Below the pieces are notes generated by a model. That model ran no database searches. It worked only from the letters and a program-made list of their open reading frames with translations, and was not told the origin of the DNA. Below are positions 41,439 through 52,055 of a DNA stretch of 64,000 nucleotides, in pieces. Position 1 is the first letter of the stretch; every line of letters begins with the position of its first letter. Both the position numbers and the translations under genes were made by a program. This stretch comes from Spirochaetia bacterium (GTDB lineage Bacteria > Spirochaetota > Spirochaetia > SZUA-6 > Bin103), in NCBI GenBank assembly GCA_965203515.1, contig OZ241907.1, positions 1,024,001-1,088,000 on the forward strand, given 5' to 3'.

Positions 41439-42568
41439 CGGTCGCGGTCGTGGGGGCGGGCGTCTTCGGGGCGGCCGCCGCCCTGGAGCTGGCCCGGCGC
41501 GGCTATCGGGTCACGCTGTTCGAGGCGGGCGCCGTGCCGGCGCCGCGCGCTGCCTCGACCGATGAGGCCAAGGCGATCCGCCGCGTCGGGTACGCCGGTG
41601 ACAAGGCCGGCTACGTGGAGCTGGTGGAGCGCTCCGCGGATCGATGGCACGCGTGGGAACGGGAGACCGGCCGCCACGTGCTGCACCGCACCGGCCATCT
41701 GAGCATCGTCCGCGACGCGGCGCGGGGATCGATGATGTATGAAAGTGTGCACATGCTGCACGATCGCGGCGCGGTCGAGGTGCAGGAGCTGTCCGCCGCG
41801 GCGCTGCGCCGGCGGTTCCCGCAGTTCACGGTGGCCGATGGCGAGGCGGGCGTCCACGACCCCTGGGGCGGCTATCTGGAGGGAGCCGCCGCGGTGCGCA
41901 TGCTCGTCGACTTGGCGGTCGACGCGGGCGTGACGCTGCGCGAGCGCACGGCGGTCGCCGCGGTGGGCGAACGCGCCGGCGCGGCCGCGGTGCGCGTCGA
42001 TGGCGTCGAGCACGCCTTCGACCGCGTGGTGGTGGCGGCCGGCGCCTGGGTCGGCCGACTGCTGCCGGCGCTGGCCCGGCGGCTGACGATCACCCGCCAG
42101 GAGCTGGTGCTGCTGCCGGCGCCCGACGACGCTGCGACGTTCGCCTGGCCGCGGATGCCGACTTGGGGCGCCGAGCCGGACGGCGAGCAGTGGTACGGCT
42201 TTCCGCTGCTGCGCGAGGGATACGTCAAGGTTGCCCGCGACCGGCTCGGCCCGGCGGTCGATGCCGACGTGGACCGCGCCGGCACCAGCGCGTTCGCGGC
42301 CGACGTAGCGGCGATGCTGCGGCGGCGCATCCCGGCGCTGGCCGGCTCGACGGGAGCGCGCGGCCGCAGTTGCCTGTACACCATGACGCCGGACGCGCAC
42401 TTCATCATCGATCGGGTTCCGGGCTCCGAACGACTGGTGGTCGCCGGCGCCGGCAGCGGCCACGCCTTCAAGTTCGGCGGCGTCCTGGGGCCGCTGATCG
42501 CCGGCGTGATCGAGGGCCGCCCAGACCCGGCGGGAGCGCCGTTCCGCATCGGCGGCCGGCTCGGCTGA
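41435..42568 (+). CDS. FAD-dependent oxidoreductase (sarcosine/fructosylamine oxidase-like)
   Basis: GAGVFG, AAGAW, CLYTMTPDAHFIID, GSGHAFKF. Confidence 0.9.
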   Translation: MTVAVVGAGVFGAAAALELARRGYRVTLFEAGAVPAPRAASTDEAKAIRRVGYAGDKAGYVELVERSADRWHAWERETGRHVLHRTGHLSIVRDAARGSMMYESVHMLHDRGAVEVQELSAAALRRRFPQFTVADGEAGVHDPWGGYLEGAAAVRMLVDLAVDAGVTLRERTAVAAVGERAGAAAVRVDGVEHAFDRVVVAAGAWVGRLLPALARRLTITRQELVLLPAPDDAATFAWPRMPTWGAEPDGEQWYGFPLLREGYVKVARDRLGPAVDADVDRAGTSAFAADVAAMLRRRIPALAGSTGARGRSCLYTMTPDAHFIIDRVPGSERLVVAGAGSGHAFKFGGVLGPLIAGVIEGRPDPAGAPFRIGGRLG

Positions 42569-42607
42569 TCGTCCATCGTGAACATCCCGGGTATCCTCTC
42601 AGGCGGT

Positions 42608-43153
42608 ATGGCCGATCGATACCTTGCGCTCCTGCGCGGCATCAACGTGGGCGGCAACAACCTGATCGGCAAGGACGACCTGCGCCACTGCTTTCAGGAC
42701 CTCGGCTTCGAGCGGGTGCGCACCTACATCCGGAGCGGCAACGTCCTGTTCCGCGCGCCGGCCGGCGGCGCCGCGCTCACGAAGCGGGTGGAGGAGGGGC
42801 TGTCCGAGCGCTTCGCGTACGCCGCGCGCGTGGTGGTGCTGTCGCGCGCCGAATACGCGGCTGCGCTGGCCGCCGCACCGCCGGCATGGGGCGAGGGCGC
42901 CGACCGCCGGCACAACGCGCTGTTCACCCTGGCCGGCACGACCGCTGACGAGGTGCTGGCCGACCTGCCGCCGGCCAAACCGGACATCGACATCATCGCC
43001 GCCGGCCCCGGCGTCGTGTTCTGGTCGGCGGTGAAGGAGCGCATCACCCGCTCGGCGTTCATGAAGCTGCCGACGCTCCCGGTCTACCGGCAGGTGACGA
43101 TCCGCAACCACAACACCGTCCGCAAGCTGGCCGCGCTGCTGGACGAGCCCTGA
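42608..43153 (+). CDS. DUF1697-family protein
   Basis: ALLRGINVGG, TYIRSGNVLF, TIRNHNTV. Confidence 0.92.
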   Translation: MADRYLALLRGINVGGNNLIGKDDLRHCFQDLGFERVRTYIRSGNVLFRAPAGGAALTKRVEEGLSERFAYAARVVVLSRAEYAAALAAAPPAWGEGADRRHNALFTLAGTTADEVLADLPPAKPDIDIIAAGPGVVFWSAVKERITRSAFMKLPTLPVYRQVTIRNHNTVRKLAALLDEP

Positions 43154-43216
43154 GTTCCAGCAGCATGATGATTGGTAACTTGACCAGTCGGGACCGCCCG
43201 CGGAACAGGGGGAGGG

Positions 43217-44722
43217 GTGATGAAACACTTGGTGTATCTGGCTATAGCTATAGCGGCAGGCGCTCTTGCGGTGATGGGATGTGGCGGAGTTGCACCTCCG
43301 AAGCCTGCAGATCCGCCGGCGGCAGATCCGCCGGCGCCTACAGCGGCCAAGTACTCCTGCGGCGATGGCTACGTCTTCGACGGTGATCAAGTGCCCGGGC
43401 CGGAAGGCGCGGTTGTCAATGATGTCTTCTACTGGGGTTCGAGCACCTCGGGAGCGGCGCGATGCTTCTCTGACACTCGAAACAACAGTATGGTTGGCGT
43501 TGGCAGCAGGGTAGAATCGAACGCAGGCGATGCCACAGGCGCAACAGTCATGTCAGTTACCCTTCCTGACGAACGCAGGTGGTATTTCATACTTGAATTC
43601 TCCGATGGCACCTACTGTTCTGCGGCCACTGCAGGGGATGGGAGAGCGGCCTGCTTTGCAACGGTGGAACGAGATGCTACCGGATTTCGCTTGGACGATC
43701 TCCCTGCTGTTACACTCCCTGTTCCTGCAGGCGCACCGGAGCCTCCTCTTGTTGAAGATCCCCCCGAGCCTCCTGTTGGCAATACTCATTTCCGGTGGGG
43801 AAGGATCGAAGAAGTTACTACCGACCAACGTAGGTGGTATCTCATACTTGGGTACGGTCCTGGTGAGATCGTCGACGGGCGCGACGACGGGCTGGGTGAC
43901 CCCGCCTGTATTGCGGCTACTGCCGGGGATGGGAAAGTGACCTGCACTGCAACAACGTTTGAAGGTAATGGTGACGATAAGTATACCACAGACGATCTCC
44001 CTGCCTCTACCTCGCCTCAATCTTCCGAAGGCACCGATGCCATATATGCGTACATTAGAGTTTTTAGTAGCCAGGGGGGTCTCTGGTATCTCGTGCTTGA
44101 ATCCCCTGATGGCACCTTCTGTTCTGTGGCCACTGCAGGGGATGGGATAGTGACCTGCACGAGCCATCCGTATCCTCCGCTGAGTGGTGATTGGGTCCCT
44201 CCCGGTGGTCCTGGTCCTGGTGGTGGCGACGGGGGCGGGGGGCAAACTGGTGCCCCGGAGCCGGAAGATCCTCAGCCTCGTTTCCGGTGGGGAAGGATCG
44301 AAGAAGTTACTACCGACCAACGTAGGTGGTATCTCATACTTGGGTACGGTCCTGGTGAGATCGTCGACGGGCGCGACGACGAGCTGGGTGACCCCGCCTG
44401 TATTGCGGCTACTGCCGGGGATGGGAAAGTGACCTGCACTGCAACAACGTTTGAAGGTAATGGTGACGATAAGTATACCACAGACGATCTCCCTGCCTCT
44501 ACCTCGCCTCAATCTTCCGAAGGCACCGATGCCATATATGCGTACATTAGAGTTTTTAGTAGCCAGGGGGGTCTCTGGTATCTCGTGCTTGAATCCCCTG
44601 ATGGCACCTTCTGTTCTGTGGCCACTGCAGGGGATGGGATAGTGACCTGCACGAGCCATCCGTATCCTCCGCTGAGTGGTGATTGGGTCCCCCCCGGTGG
44701 TCCTGGTCCTGGTGGTGGATAG
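43217..44722 (+). CDS. modular lipoprotein A of unknown family; 3' end created by a rearrangement junction
   Basis: lipobox AVMGC; five copies of RWYxIL...CxxATAGDGxxxC; lower GC than flanks; paralog at 53883. Confidence 0.85.
   Translation: MMKHLVYLAIAIAAGALAVMGCGGVAPPKPADPPAADPPAPTAAKYSCGDGYVFDGDQVPGPEGAVVNDVFYWGSSTSGAARCFSDTRNNSMVGVGSRVESNAGDATGATVMSVTLPDERRWYFILEFSDGTYCSAATAGDGRAACFATVERDATGFRLDDLPAVTLPVPAGAPEPPLVEDPPEPPVGNTHFRWGRIEEVTTDQRRWYLILGYGPGEIVDGRDDGLGDPACIAATAGDGKVTCTATTFEGNGDDKYTTDDLPASTSPQSSEGTDAIYAYIRVFSSQGGLWYLVLESPDGTFCSVATAGDGIVTCTSHPYPPLSGDWVPPGGPGPGGGDGGGGQTGAPEPEDPQPRFRWGRIEEVTTDQRRWYLILGYGPGEIVDGRDDELGDPACIAATAGDGKVTCTATTFEGNGDDKYTTDDLPASTSPQSSEGTDAIYAYIRVFSSQGGLWYLVLESPDGTFCSVATAGDGIVTCTSHPYPPLSGDWVPPGGPGPGGG
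43789..44718 (+). repeat. near-identical direct repeat of about 440 bp (period 492 bp) within lipoprotein A
   Basis: 43789-44226 versus 44281-44718; only two differences seen. Confidence 0.95.
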
Positions 44723-44731
44723 TGACCTGCA

Positions 44732-45048
44732 CGACCGCGGCGCTGGTGAACTCGTCGGCCGCCGGCGCCCGGTCCTCACGCTTGGTCCGGTACCGAGTTC
44801 GGCGACCGACATGCGCCCCGTCAACACGCGCCGAAAGGCAAACGCCTCGACCGTGGCCTGTCCGATGAACTGCAGCTCCGCGTCGATCGGCTTCCGCGCC
44901 TGCAACAGCGTGAGGAGTTCCTGGGCGCCAAGGTAGCGCCATGCGACCTGTTCGCCGCGAAGTCGGCGGCGGCATTGTCGTCCACATGCCGCTCGACGAT
45001 GCCCGACATCTGTTGATCGATGATCTGCGCAGCCAGGGAGGTCATCAT
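44732..45048 (-). pseudogene. AIPR-family remnant with large internal deletions (copy A)
   Basis: three colinear patches matching the gene at 56345-58036. Confidence 0.9.
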
Positions 45049-45051
45049 TCA

Positions 45052-47707
45052 GGGTCTTCAGGCTTTCGTGTGGACGAGGTGGTCACGGCCGACACCGGCA
45101 GGGTAGAGGTCAAGGCCGCCGAGGTGAAAGTAGATCGCGTTGCGGAACCTCTGCCGGTTGCGAAAGCCGCGCGCTGCGTACTTCAACCTCTGCACCCCCG
45201 CGTTGATCGACTCCGCCCGCGCGTTGCTCACCCCCTGCACCACCGCCGTCACGATCCCTTCCAGATGACGCTTGACCATCCGCGCTACCCGCTTGACCGG
45301 CTCCAGACGACACCGGATCGCCGACCGGTACCACGCCTGCCACGCCTTGCGCGCCCACCCGCGAGAGCGGTACCTCCACAGCGTCATCGCATGTTCCTTG
45401 TAGCCCCAGGCGCGCGCGGTCTGCAGCGCGCTGTCCCGCAAGTCAGCGAACTGCCGCCAACGCTCGGCATCCATGTGCTCGGGATTGGTCAGCCACGCAT
45501 AGCGGCTGCCCTTCAGCCGATCATCACCGCTGCCGGCCAGCCGGCGGCTCTCGGCTCGCCGTACCTGGTCAACGGCGTTGCCGAGGTGCCGGGCGACGTG
45601 GAACTTGTCGAACGCGATCTTGAGCTCCGCGTCCGGCACGTAGGCGGCGGTCGCGATGATGTACGGTGGAGTTGACCCGCTTTCGTGGACACATCAAGAG
45701 TGAGGACGAGAGGAGGGAATACGATGGCGAGAACGCATCAAGCGTATCCACAGGAGTACCGCCAGCAGATGGTCGAGCTGATCCATGCCGGCCGCACGCC
45801 GGAGGACCTGGCGCAGGAGTTTGAGCCGTCTGCCGGCTCGATCCGCAACTGGGTCGCGCAGGACGAGCGCGACGCCGGGCAGCGCAGCGACGGGCTCATC
45901 GGTGAGGAACGTCAGGAGTTGCGCCGCCTGCGCCGCGAGAACAAGCAGCTACGGATCGAGCGTGACATCTTAAAAAAAGCAGCGGCTTGGTTCGCACGGG
46001 AGAGCGACTCGATCCCGGAGCGGGATTCCGGTTCGTGAAGGCGAATCAGGCCACGTGGCCGGTGCGCACCCTCTGCCAAGTGCTGGGTCTCTCCCCCAGC
46101 GGCTACTACGCATGGGTGCGCCGCAGGCCGTCGGCGCGAGCGCGGCGGGACGCGCAGTTGATGGGGCGCATCAAGGAGGTCTGGACCGCCAACCGCGAGG
46201 TGTACGGCCGGCTGCGGATACACGCGGAGTTGCAGGCAGCCGGCGAACGGGTCAGCGCGAAGCGGGTCGGGCGACTGATGCGGCGCGCCGGGATCGCGGG
46301 GGTGAGCCGCCGGCGTACGACGCGCACGACTACGCGCGAGCAGCGAGCGGAGCGGGTAGCCCCAGACTTGGTAGAGCGGAACTTCGCGGCGACCGAGGCG
46401 GATCGGTTGTGGGTGGCCGATATCACCTATGTGACGACGTGGGCGGGATTTCTGTACGTGGCGGTGGTGCTTGATGCGTGGAGTCGGCGCGTGGTCGGCT
46501 GGTCGATGGCCGCGCACCTGCGGACCGAACTGGTCCTGGATGCGCTGAACATGGCGATCTGGCGGCGTCGGCCGCAGGGCGTGGTGCACCACAGCGACCA
46601 GGGCGCGCAGTACACGTCGATCGCCTTCGGGCAGCGGTGCCGGCAGGCCGGAGTGAGACCGTCGACCGGCTCGGTGGGCGATGCGTATGACAACGCGCTG
46701 TGCGAGAGCTTCTTTGCGACGCTGGAGTGCGAGTTACTGGATCGTCACCGGTTCGGCGGTCGGGCCGAAGCGCGCATGGCGGTATTCGAGTTCATCGAGG
46801 GGTTCTACAACCGGCGCCGGCGCCACTCGGCACTGGGCTACCGGTCGCCGGTTGCCTTCGAGGCCGACGAAGCCGAGGCAGCAGCATGACGATCGGCTTG
46901 ACGGCCAACGCCATCGCGAGGACTGTTCCTCTGCGACGGGGTTGTGCACATCAGAGGTTACCCGTCCACCAAACCGGGACAACTCCACGGCTCCCACATG
47001 TCCATGGCGACCGTCTCGACAGCAGCCAACTGCTCATGGTCAAACTGCTGGTAGAACTCCTCCAACACCTCCTTGCGGCGGCCATCGGCCACGTGCACGA
47101 CGTGCCCGTCCAGATCGTTGATCACCGTCACGTACTCATGGCGCTTCTGAAACGACGTCTCGTCCACGCCGATCCGCGGCGGCAGCTGCACCTCGCGCCG
47201 TTGTAAGCCGCGGTGCACCGCGCGCTGCATCACCCCGTCGACCTCGTCCCAGCTGAGCCGCATCTGCTGCGCCACCGCCGCGATCGTGGCGTGCTGCAGC
47301 CAGTCGATCACGACCGCCTCGCACAGCGCGGTCAGCCGCGAGCGGCCTTCGCTCCACGGCACCTCGATCTGCTTGACCCCGTGCTGCCGGCACTGAGACC
47401 GCGGTACGTCGGCAGCCAGAACCGTGCGGTACTGGCAGGTGTCCAGATGGCGCCACCGCCGTTGACGGCTGTCGTAGCGGCGCGCGGCTTGGCCGCAGTG
47501 CGGGCAGGTGAGCGGCCCGCCGTGCTCGACGTGGACCACGATCTCGCCCTGCTGAAGGTTCAGTTCGACGTCGGCCACTCGCCACGGTGCCTCGACGCCC
47601 AGAATCCTGCCGTACAGTTCCTTGTCACGCATGGCGCCAGCGTAGCCTTGCTGGCGGCGCCACCGCCACCGTCAGGGCGCCCTACCCACACGAAACCCGG
47701 AAGCCCC
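45052..47707 (-). mobile_element. ISL3-family IS (copy 2), interrupted by IS3
   Basis: same IRs as copy 1; 8-bp TSD ATCATTCA (45044-45051, 47708-47715); transposase split into 46988-47632 and 45058-45666. Confidence 0.96.
45667..46987 (+). mobile_element. IS3-family IS (copy 2), apparently intact
   Basis: TG...CA ends, TSD CGG, orfA 45724-46038, A7G slippery site, orfB 45987-46889. Confidence 0.96.
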
Positions 47708-47708
47708 A

Positions 47709-48244
47709 TCATTCATTCCGGCGGGCGGCGGGGCGGCCCGCGTGGCGGTGACGGTAACGGTGATGCGCGGCGCACAGCAGACGGAGGTTGTCGGGCTCGG
47801 CGTTGCCGCCGAGCGCATACGGGAAGACGTGATCGACCTGCAACAGGTAGCGGGAGCCGCAGCGGCGGCCGCTGCGCCGGTCCACGTAGCAGCAGCCCTG
47901 ATCGCGCGCCCAGACCTGCCGCTTGACCGCGGCGGGGATGGCGCGGCCGGCCGCGCGCGGCTTTCGCCGGCGTGAATGCGGCGCCCGCCGGCTGCGCAGG
48001 CCGCTTCTCCGCCGTCGGGGCCGGCCGTTGCGGGCCGCACTCCGTCTTCGGCGCCGAAGTGCCGGTGGCGGCCGGCCGCGCAGGCCGCTTCGCTGGCGCG
48101 GCGGCGTCGCGGTTCTCGTCCGCCCGCTCCATCGGCGGCGAAGTCCCGGCACCGGCGGACACTGCCGCTCGCTCGGCTATCGAGACCTTGGCGGCGTCCG
48201 ATTCGGCCCGATTCTTCGGCGCCGAAGTTAGCGCGGCGTCCGCG
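47709..48244 (-). pseudogene. 3' fragment of HNH endonuclease gene (frameshifted)
   Basis: RAIPAAVKRQVWARD..C..QVDH..GG...NLRLLCAAHH; TSAPK region homologous to 58040-58310. Confidence 0.85.
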
Positions 48245-48322
48245 CGTCCACGTCCACGGCCGCGCCAACCAGGTAGCCGCATGCTTGACGTCGAGCGTCT
48301 GCAGACGGTAACTTACGCGGTC

Positions 48323-49405
48323 ATGCTGAAACTTGGTTCGAGGAATGCGGCAGCCGTAGCGGCGATGCTGCTAGCCGGCGCGGTCATGGCGCACGCGCAA
48401 GACGAATACAACTTCGGGGCCGGCCCGGTGCCAGCTCATCGCCACCCCCAAGGCGGAGGCTGGATAGCGAATACTGCCACGGTTGCCGAAAGGGTACTTG
48501 TGACAGCCGATGCGCGGGTTTTCGATAATGCGAAGGTTTACGATGATGCGCAGGTTTCCGGTGATGCGCGGGTTTCCGGTGATGCGCTGGTTGGCGGTGA
48601 TGCGCTGGTTGGCGGTGATGCGCGGGTTGGCGGTAATGCGAAGGTTGGCGATAATGCGCAGGTTTACGATAATGCGCAGGTTTCCGGTAATGCGCGGGTT
48701 TCCGGTGATGCGCTGGTTGGCGATAATGCGAAGGTTGCCGATAATGCGCAGGTTTCCGGTAATGCGCAGGTTTACGATGATGCGCAGGTTTCCGGTAATG
48801 CGCAGGTTTCCGGTGATGCGAAGGTTGCCGGTAATGCGCAGGTTTCCGGTGATGCGCAGGTTTCCGGTGATGCGCAGGTTGCCGGTAATGCGCAGGTTTA
48901 CGATGATGCATTGGTTTACGATGATGCGTGGATTTTCGGTGATGCGCAGGTTTTCGGTGATGCGCAAGTTTCCGGTGATGCGCGGGTTTCCGATAATGCG
49001 AAGGTTGGCGATAATGCGCAGGTTTCCGGTGATGCGGGGGTTTCCGGTGATGCGCGGGTTTCCGATAATGCGAAGGTTGGCGATAATGCGCAGGTTTTCG
49101 GTGATGCGTGGATTTTCGGTGATGCGCAGGTTGGCGATAATGCGCAGGTTTCCGGTGATGCGCTGGTTTCCGGTAATGCGCAGGTTTTGGGTGATGCGGA
49201 GGTTTACGGTGATGCGAAGGTTTACGGTGATGCGATAGTTTTAGGCAATGCGTGGATTTTCGGTGATGCGATGGTTGGCGATGATGCGCAGGTTTTCGGT
49301 GATGCGATGGTTGGCGATGATGCGAAGGTTTACGGTGATGCGATAGTTTTAGGTGATGCGCGGGTTATCAATGAACGAGTAATTCACGGGTACCGCGACA
49401 GGTAG
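48323..49405 (+). CDS. secreted hexapeptide-repeat (left-handed beta-helix-like) protein
   Basis: signal peptide ending AHA-Q, HRHPQGGGWIA motif, then about 47 [D/N]AxVx[G/D] repeats. Confidence 0.85.
   Translation: MLKLGSRNAAAVAAMLLAGAVMAHAQDEYNFGAGPVPAHRHPQGGGWIANTATVAERVLVTADARVFDNAKVYDDAQVSGDARVSGDALVGGDALVGGDARVGGNAKVGDNAQVYDNAQVSGNARVSGDALVGDNAKVADNAQVSGNAQVYDDAQVSGNAQVSGDAKVAGNAQVSGDAQVSGDAQVAGNAQVYDDALVYDDAWIFGDAQVFGDAQVSGDARVSDNAKVGDNAQVSGDAGVSGDARVSDNAKVGDNAQVFGDAWIFGDAQVGDNAQVSGDALVSGNAQVLGDAEVYGDAKVYGDAIVLGNAWIFGDAMVGDDAQVFGDAMVGDDAKVYGDAIVLGDARVINERVIHGYRDR
48509..49366 (+). repeat. 18-bp tandem repeat array, about 47-48 units
   Basis: consensus (G/A)ATGCGCAGGTTTCCGGT. Confidence 0.97.
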
Positions 49406-49551
49406 CCGCGCCGGCGAACCAGAGCCGGATCGAGCGGCGCCACGGCCGCGCCAGCTTCGCGTCTGGATCGCGCCGGCGCCCGGTTCGAGAGCGGCGCCCG
49501 GTTCGAGAGCGGCGCCGCTTCGCGTTTACTCGAAACTGTACAGCGGGCGGG

Positions 49552-49650
49552 CTACGCCCTTTGTGCCCGCGTGGTATCCGTCGGGGGCAACATCGGTTCG
49601 ATCTTCGCAATCAGGGGTTGCAAGCGGACTTGGTCATCATTCTTGAACAT
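49552..49650 (-). pseudogene. HEPN/DUF86 toxin remnant (only N- and C-termini remain)
   Basis: MFKNDDQVRLQ joined to PLIAKIEPMLPP; start overlaps the MNT 3' end as in MNT-HEPN pairs. Confidence 0.65.
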
Positions 49651-49942
49651 ATTGATCTTCCGCGATGGCAAGCACGTCCCGGCGAAAGTATGGACTCAGG
49701 TCTTCCGGCGTTCGCAGGTCCACCTTGCGGCCGTCGAACAGCTCCGCCAACTCCATTTCCATGCCGGCAATGCCGAGCAGACCGGGAACGCGATTCGGTT
49801 GAAACTCCACCAGCATGTCGATGTCACTTTCCGGGCCGAAGTCGTCCCGCAACGCCGAACCGAAGATCGCCATGCGCTTGATGCCGTGCTCCCTGCAGAA
49901 CGCGGCAAGCGCGGGCTTGGACACGGAGACTTGCCGGTTCAT
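49637..49942 (-). CDS. minimal nucleotidyltransferase (MNT antitoxin), copy B
   Basis: IFGSALRDDFGPESDIDMLVEF, GRKVDL. Confidence 0.93.
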   Translation of the reverse strand: MNRQVSVSKPALAAFCREHGIKRMAIFGSALRDDFGPESDIDMLVEFQPNRVPGLLGIAGMEMELAELFDGRKVDLRTPEDLSPYFRRDVLAIAEDQYVQE

Positions 49943-51625
49943 CGCCGCTCCTCTGCTTCCGGCTTCAACAGGTCGACCAGGTCGGCCCGGCGGAAGGCCG
50001 CGGCCAGCCGTTGCAGCGTTGGCGCCCGCCCGCCGAACAGCGAGCCGAGCGCAGCGTCGATCTGACGCTCGGCATGGGCCAAGTAGCGGCCGCCGTGCCG
50101 TTCGATCAGTTGCCGCGCCTGAGTGAAGTTGCGGTGATCGAGACCGGCGAGCGCAACGCCCATTTCTTCCAGAAGAGAACGGCCCAGGAGCATGGCGATG
50201 AACCGCGAGCCGTAGGCGAGGAAGTCGGGCGCATCGTCCGGGGCGTTCCTGCGGCGCGCTTCCGCCGTGCCGAGCAGCAGGGCGGCGACCACCGCCTGCG
50301 CGCCGTTCAGGTCCTGCGTGAAGATCGTGTCGTACAGCGCGCCGAAGTGGTCGCGGCCCCGGAACCGGGCCTGATGCGGCCGGCGTCGCCAGACCGCCAG
50401 CACCGCCTCCGCGACCGCGGCGCTGGTGAACTCGTCGGCCGCTGGCGCCCGGTCCTCACGCTTGGTCCGGTACCGGTAGCCCAGCCCGGAAATCGACGTA
50501 GCGAGGTCCTGTTGGCGCCGGTCGTTCGCCCGCAAGTCGCGCAGATCGACCGGGTTCTGACTGTTGGTGGCGAACGTGATCGCCTCCACCAGGGCGTCGT
50601 CGTGGCGCTCCAGCTCGTAGATGCGGACCAGCACCTCCGCCGTTTCGATGGCCGGCCCGATCTCGCGGGCGACCTGCTGCACGGTGCGGGCGGTCTGTCC
50701 GCCGTTGACGATTTGCAGGTCGTCTACCTGGACGCTCCAGTGCTCTCGTTGCAGCGCATTGTGGCGAAACTTGGAACAGACGATCGTGACGCCGTCGTTG
50801 TAGAAGTAGAAGTTGGGCCGCTGGTCCTTGCTGCGCAGGGTGGCCGCCACGGCCTCGTTCACCCGGTTGCCGGCAAGCCCCGGATAGCGGCGGATGTTCC
50901 GCTCGAACAGATGACTGTCGTACCGGTCGGTCAGCCGCGCGAGTTCGGCGACCGACATGCGCCCCGTCAACACGCGCCGAAAGCGTCTCGACCGTGGCCT
51001 GCCCGATGAACTGCAGCTCCGCGTCGATCGGCTTCCGCGCCTGCAACAGCGCGAGAAGTTCCTGGGCGCCGAGGTAGCGCCATGCGACCTGCTCGCCGAA
51101 GTTGGCGGCGGCATTGTCGATGCGCTGCTGCGCCTGCGCGGTCCACCGCGCCCCGTTGTTGGCGGCCACCGCGGTCACCCGCGGAATCGCGCCGGCCCTG
51201 ACGAACGAACGGACCTCCTCGACCCGCTGCGTCAGCCGCCGGTTCAAGGTAACCGGCCGCTCGGGATCGAACAGCACGCCGGCGGCGTCGATCATCTTTG
51301 CGATCCCGTTCTCCGGGAACGCCGCGCCGCCGCGAAGGTCGGATCGGTATTTCCCTTGCATCAGGACGATCGGCAGCTCGCCGTTCTCCGGGGGCGCGAA
51401 GTACAGAGCGTCCACGCCGAAGTCGTCGGCCCCATCGACGATCCCGTCGAACGCCTCCCGGTCAGTGAGGTCGAACGCCGTCCGGGCGGCGAGAAGCACG
51501 AATGCCGCCGAACGCATCTTCCGCTCGTTGCCCAGCCGAAGCTCGCCGGCAAGAAGGTCCGCGTGCCGCTCGACGATGCCCGACACCTGTTGATCGATGA
51601 TCTGCGCAGCCAGGGAGGTCATCAT
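49939..51625 (-). pseudogene. AIPR-family gene, frameshifted (copy B)
   Basis: near-identical to 56345-58036 with a 5-bp deletion near 50983. Confidence 0.9.
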
Positions 51626-51631
51626 ATCCAC

Positions 51632-52000
51632 TCACGACCGGGGTTTCTTGGAAGATGATCGTAATTTATCTAATACCTTTTCAACCGGATGGGCTACTTC
51701 ACCATCGGGAATGATCGGATCATCGTCTGCCCTCAAAACAACGCTATCCGGATTCGGACCGATGATAATCGAATAATCCGCACTCCGTTGCTTAGAAAGA
51801 CCAGTAATTATCGCTACGCGAACCAAGTCACCGTCGTCGGTGTATCCCAGATCCTCTCGCCATTTACGAAAGATCAACTCACCAGCGTCACCGTTCTCAA
51901 AAGCGATAGCAAGAATCGGCAATCTGCCAGGCTGTAGAATAAAACCAGTCGCTCGCCACTTCGCACGATCCCATCGACGTTCTCTGGATATTGTCATTAT
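51632..52000 (-). pseudogene. C-terminal fragment of a low-GC gene of unknown function
   Basis: protein-like ORF (WDRAKWRATGF...DDDPIIP), much lower GC, stop just upstream of AIPR copy B. Confidence 0.55.
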
Positions 52001-52055
52001 CAGTCATTGTCTGCCATGTTTGACATATAGCAGGATGGCATGGAGGCTGTCAACC

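Noticed and set aside
48509..49366. GTTTCCGG in the 18-bp repeats (also at 44280) resembling the CRISPR repeat start
   Set aside because: Only 8 nt match, explained by codons; there is no stem and no spacers.
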